Below, piece after piece: positions 63,309 through 64,000 of a DNA stretch of 64,000 nucleotides. Made by a program: the position numbers and the translations under genes. Each line of letters starts with the position of its first letter. Position 1 is the stretch's first letter. The stretch spans positions 5,652 through 69,651 of the forward strand of contig CAZWMA010000002.1 of assembly GCA_964634735.1 (NCBI GenBank), read 5' to 3'. This stretch comes from an uncultured Nitrososphaerota archaeon. GTDB taxonomy: Archaea > Thermoproteota > Methanomethylicia > Methanomethylicales > Methanomethylicaceae. A model generated the notes under the pieces. It was not told the origin of the DNA. It saw only the letters and a program-made list of their open reading frames with translations, and ran no database searches.

Positions 63309-63571
63309 AGCTTGAAAAGGGTACGGAATTCGTTTGCGTCGCACGTTATTGAAGGAATTATGATATCTGCTTTTCGATAAGGGTCAACGTGAACACCCTT
63401 TTCTTTCACAAAAGAATGAATGGTTTGGAGTAACGCATTGAATTGTGCAGAGTCGTCTCGCTCCAGCGTTTCGTATAGGAGGTGCCCTAGAGTGTTGACC
63501 TTTTCGAGAGCCTCGCCATCAATGGAGTATTTTTTTCCGCCGGAGAGGAGTACAATCATAGTAACCAACAT
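63293..63571 (-). CDS. hypothetical protein
   Basis: 92-aa ORF; no motif recognised. Confidence 0.3.
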   Translation of the reverse strand: MLVTMIVLLSGGKKYSIDGEALEKVNTLGHLLYETLERDDSAQFNALLQTIHSFVKEKGVHVDPYRKADIIIPSITCDANEFRTLFKLQKTP

Positions 63572-63637
63572 TACTTCTTGTGATTCGGATTATAAAATAG
63601 CGCCGACGAATGCGTCCATGGGCGCAATAAAGATGAA

Positions 63638-63735
63638 TGGTAGCGGGGGGTGGATTTGAACCACCGATCTCGGGGTTTCCCAGCCTACACGGGGCATATG
63701 AGCCCCGCGGGATAACCTGGCTACCCTACCCCGCT
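63638..63735 (-). tRNA. initiator tRNA-Met(CAT) with a ~20-nt intron at 37/38, CCA encoded
   Basis: AGCGGGG 5' end with an A1:U72 pair, three consecutive G-C pairs in the anticodon stem (CGGGG/CCCCG), CTCATA[intron]A anticodon loop, T-arm GGTGG-TTCAAAT-CCACC. Confidence 0.75.
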
Positions 63736-64000
63736 ATTGATGTCTCTAAAATGTTTCTTGCTTTTTTAAAGGGAAGGAACGATTCTTATAAACTTTGTTT
63801 CAGATATGGAAAAATTCAGGCGTTATAGAAACAAATAGAAACAAGATCTGTATTTGAAAAAACGCAAAAAATTAACTTTTTCTATCAGGTTTTAGCGGTT
63901 AGTATTATTCTGTTCAATAAAAATAGCCGGCTTGAAGGATTGTAATTTGACGGCTGCGAGAAAGCGGCTTTCCTTTCATTGAGACTTAAATTAAATAGCG

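Overview
This is an archaeal chromosomal window, about 55-60% GC, with a TACK/Thermoproteota-like 16S signature. It is mostly core translation and metabolism genes. The main features are a 16S-23S rRNA operon with no tRNA in the spacer (53.2-57.9 kb), an unlinked 5S rRNA, and 11 tRNA genes (counting an uncertain tRNA-Pro-like locus), 5 of which carry introns at the canonical 37/38 position. The intron endonuclease EndA is in the same window. I also call an SRP (7S) RNA next to tRNA-Ser and a probable RNase P RNA just downstream of the 23S. Protein genes include HisRS, TyrRS, PheST, aRF1, Pelota, archaeal DnaG, a proBAC operon, TiaS, Tsr3, TreT and ABC transporters. Several reading frames look disrupted: pyrH, a PaaK-like ligase split into three frames, a DUF998 gene, a GYD-like gene and a zinc-ribbon gene. 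That pattern suggests indel errors in the assembly as well as real gene decay. The most accessory-looking block is a lower-GC region at 45.3-52.0 kb flanked by tRNA-Ala, carrying TreT and an 820-aa DUF853/YjgR-like HerA-FtsK-superfamily NTPase with a long disordered and coiled-coil C-terminus. No CRISPR array, no obvious transposase and no clear novel multi-gene system were found. Candidates worth a second look are scored honestly below.
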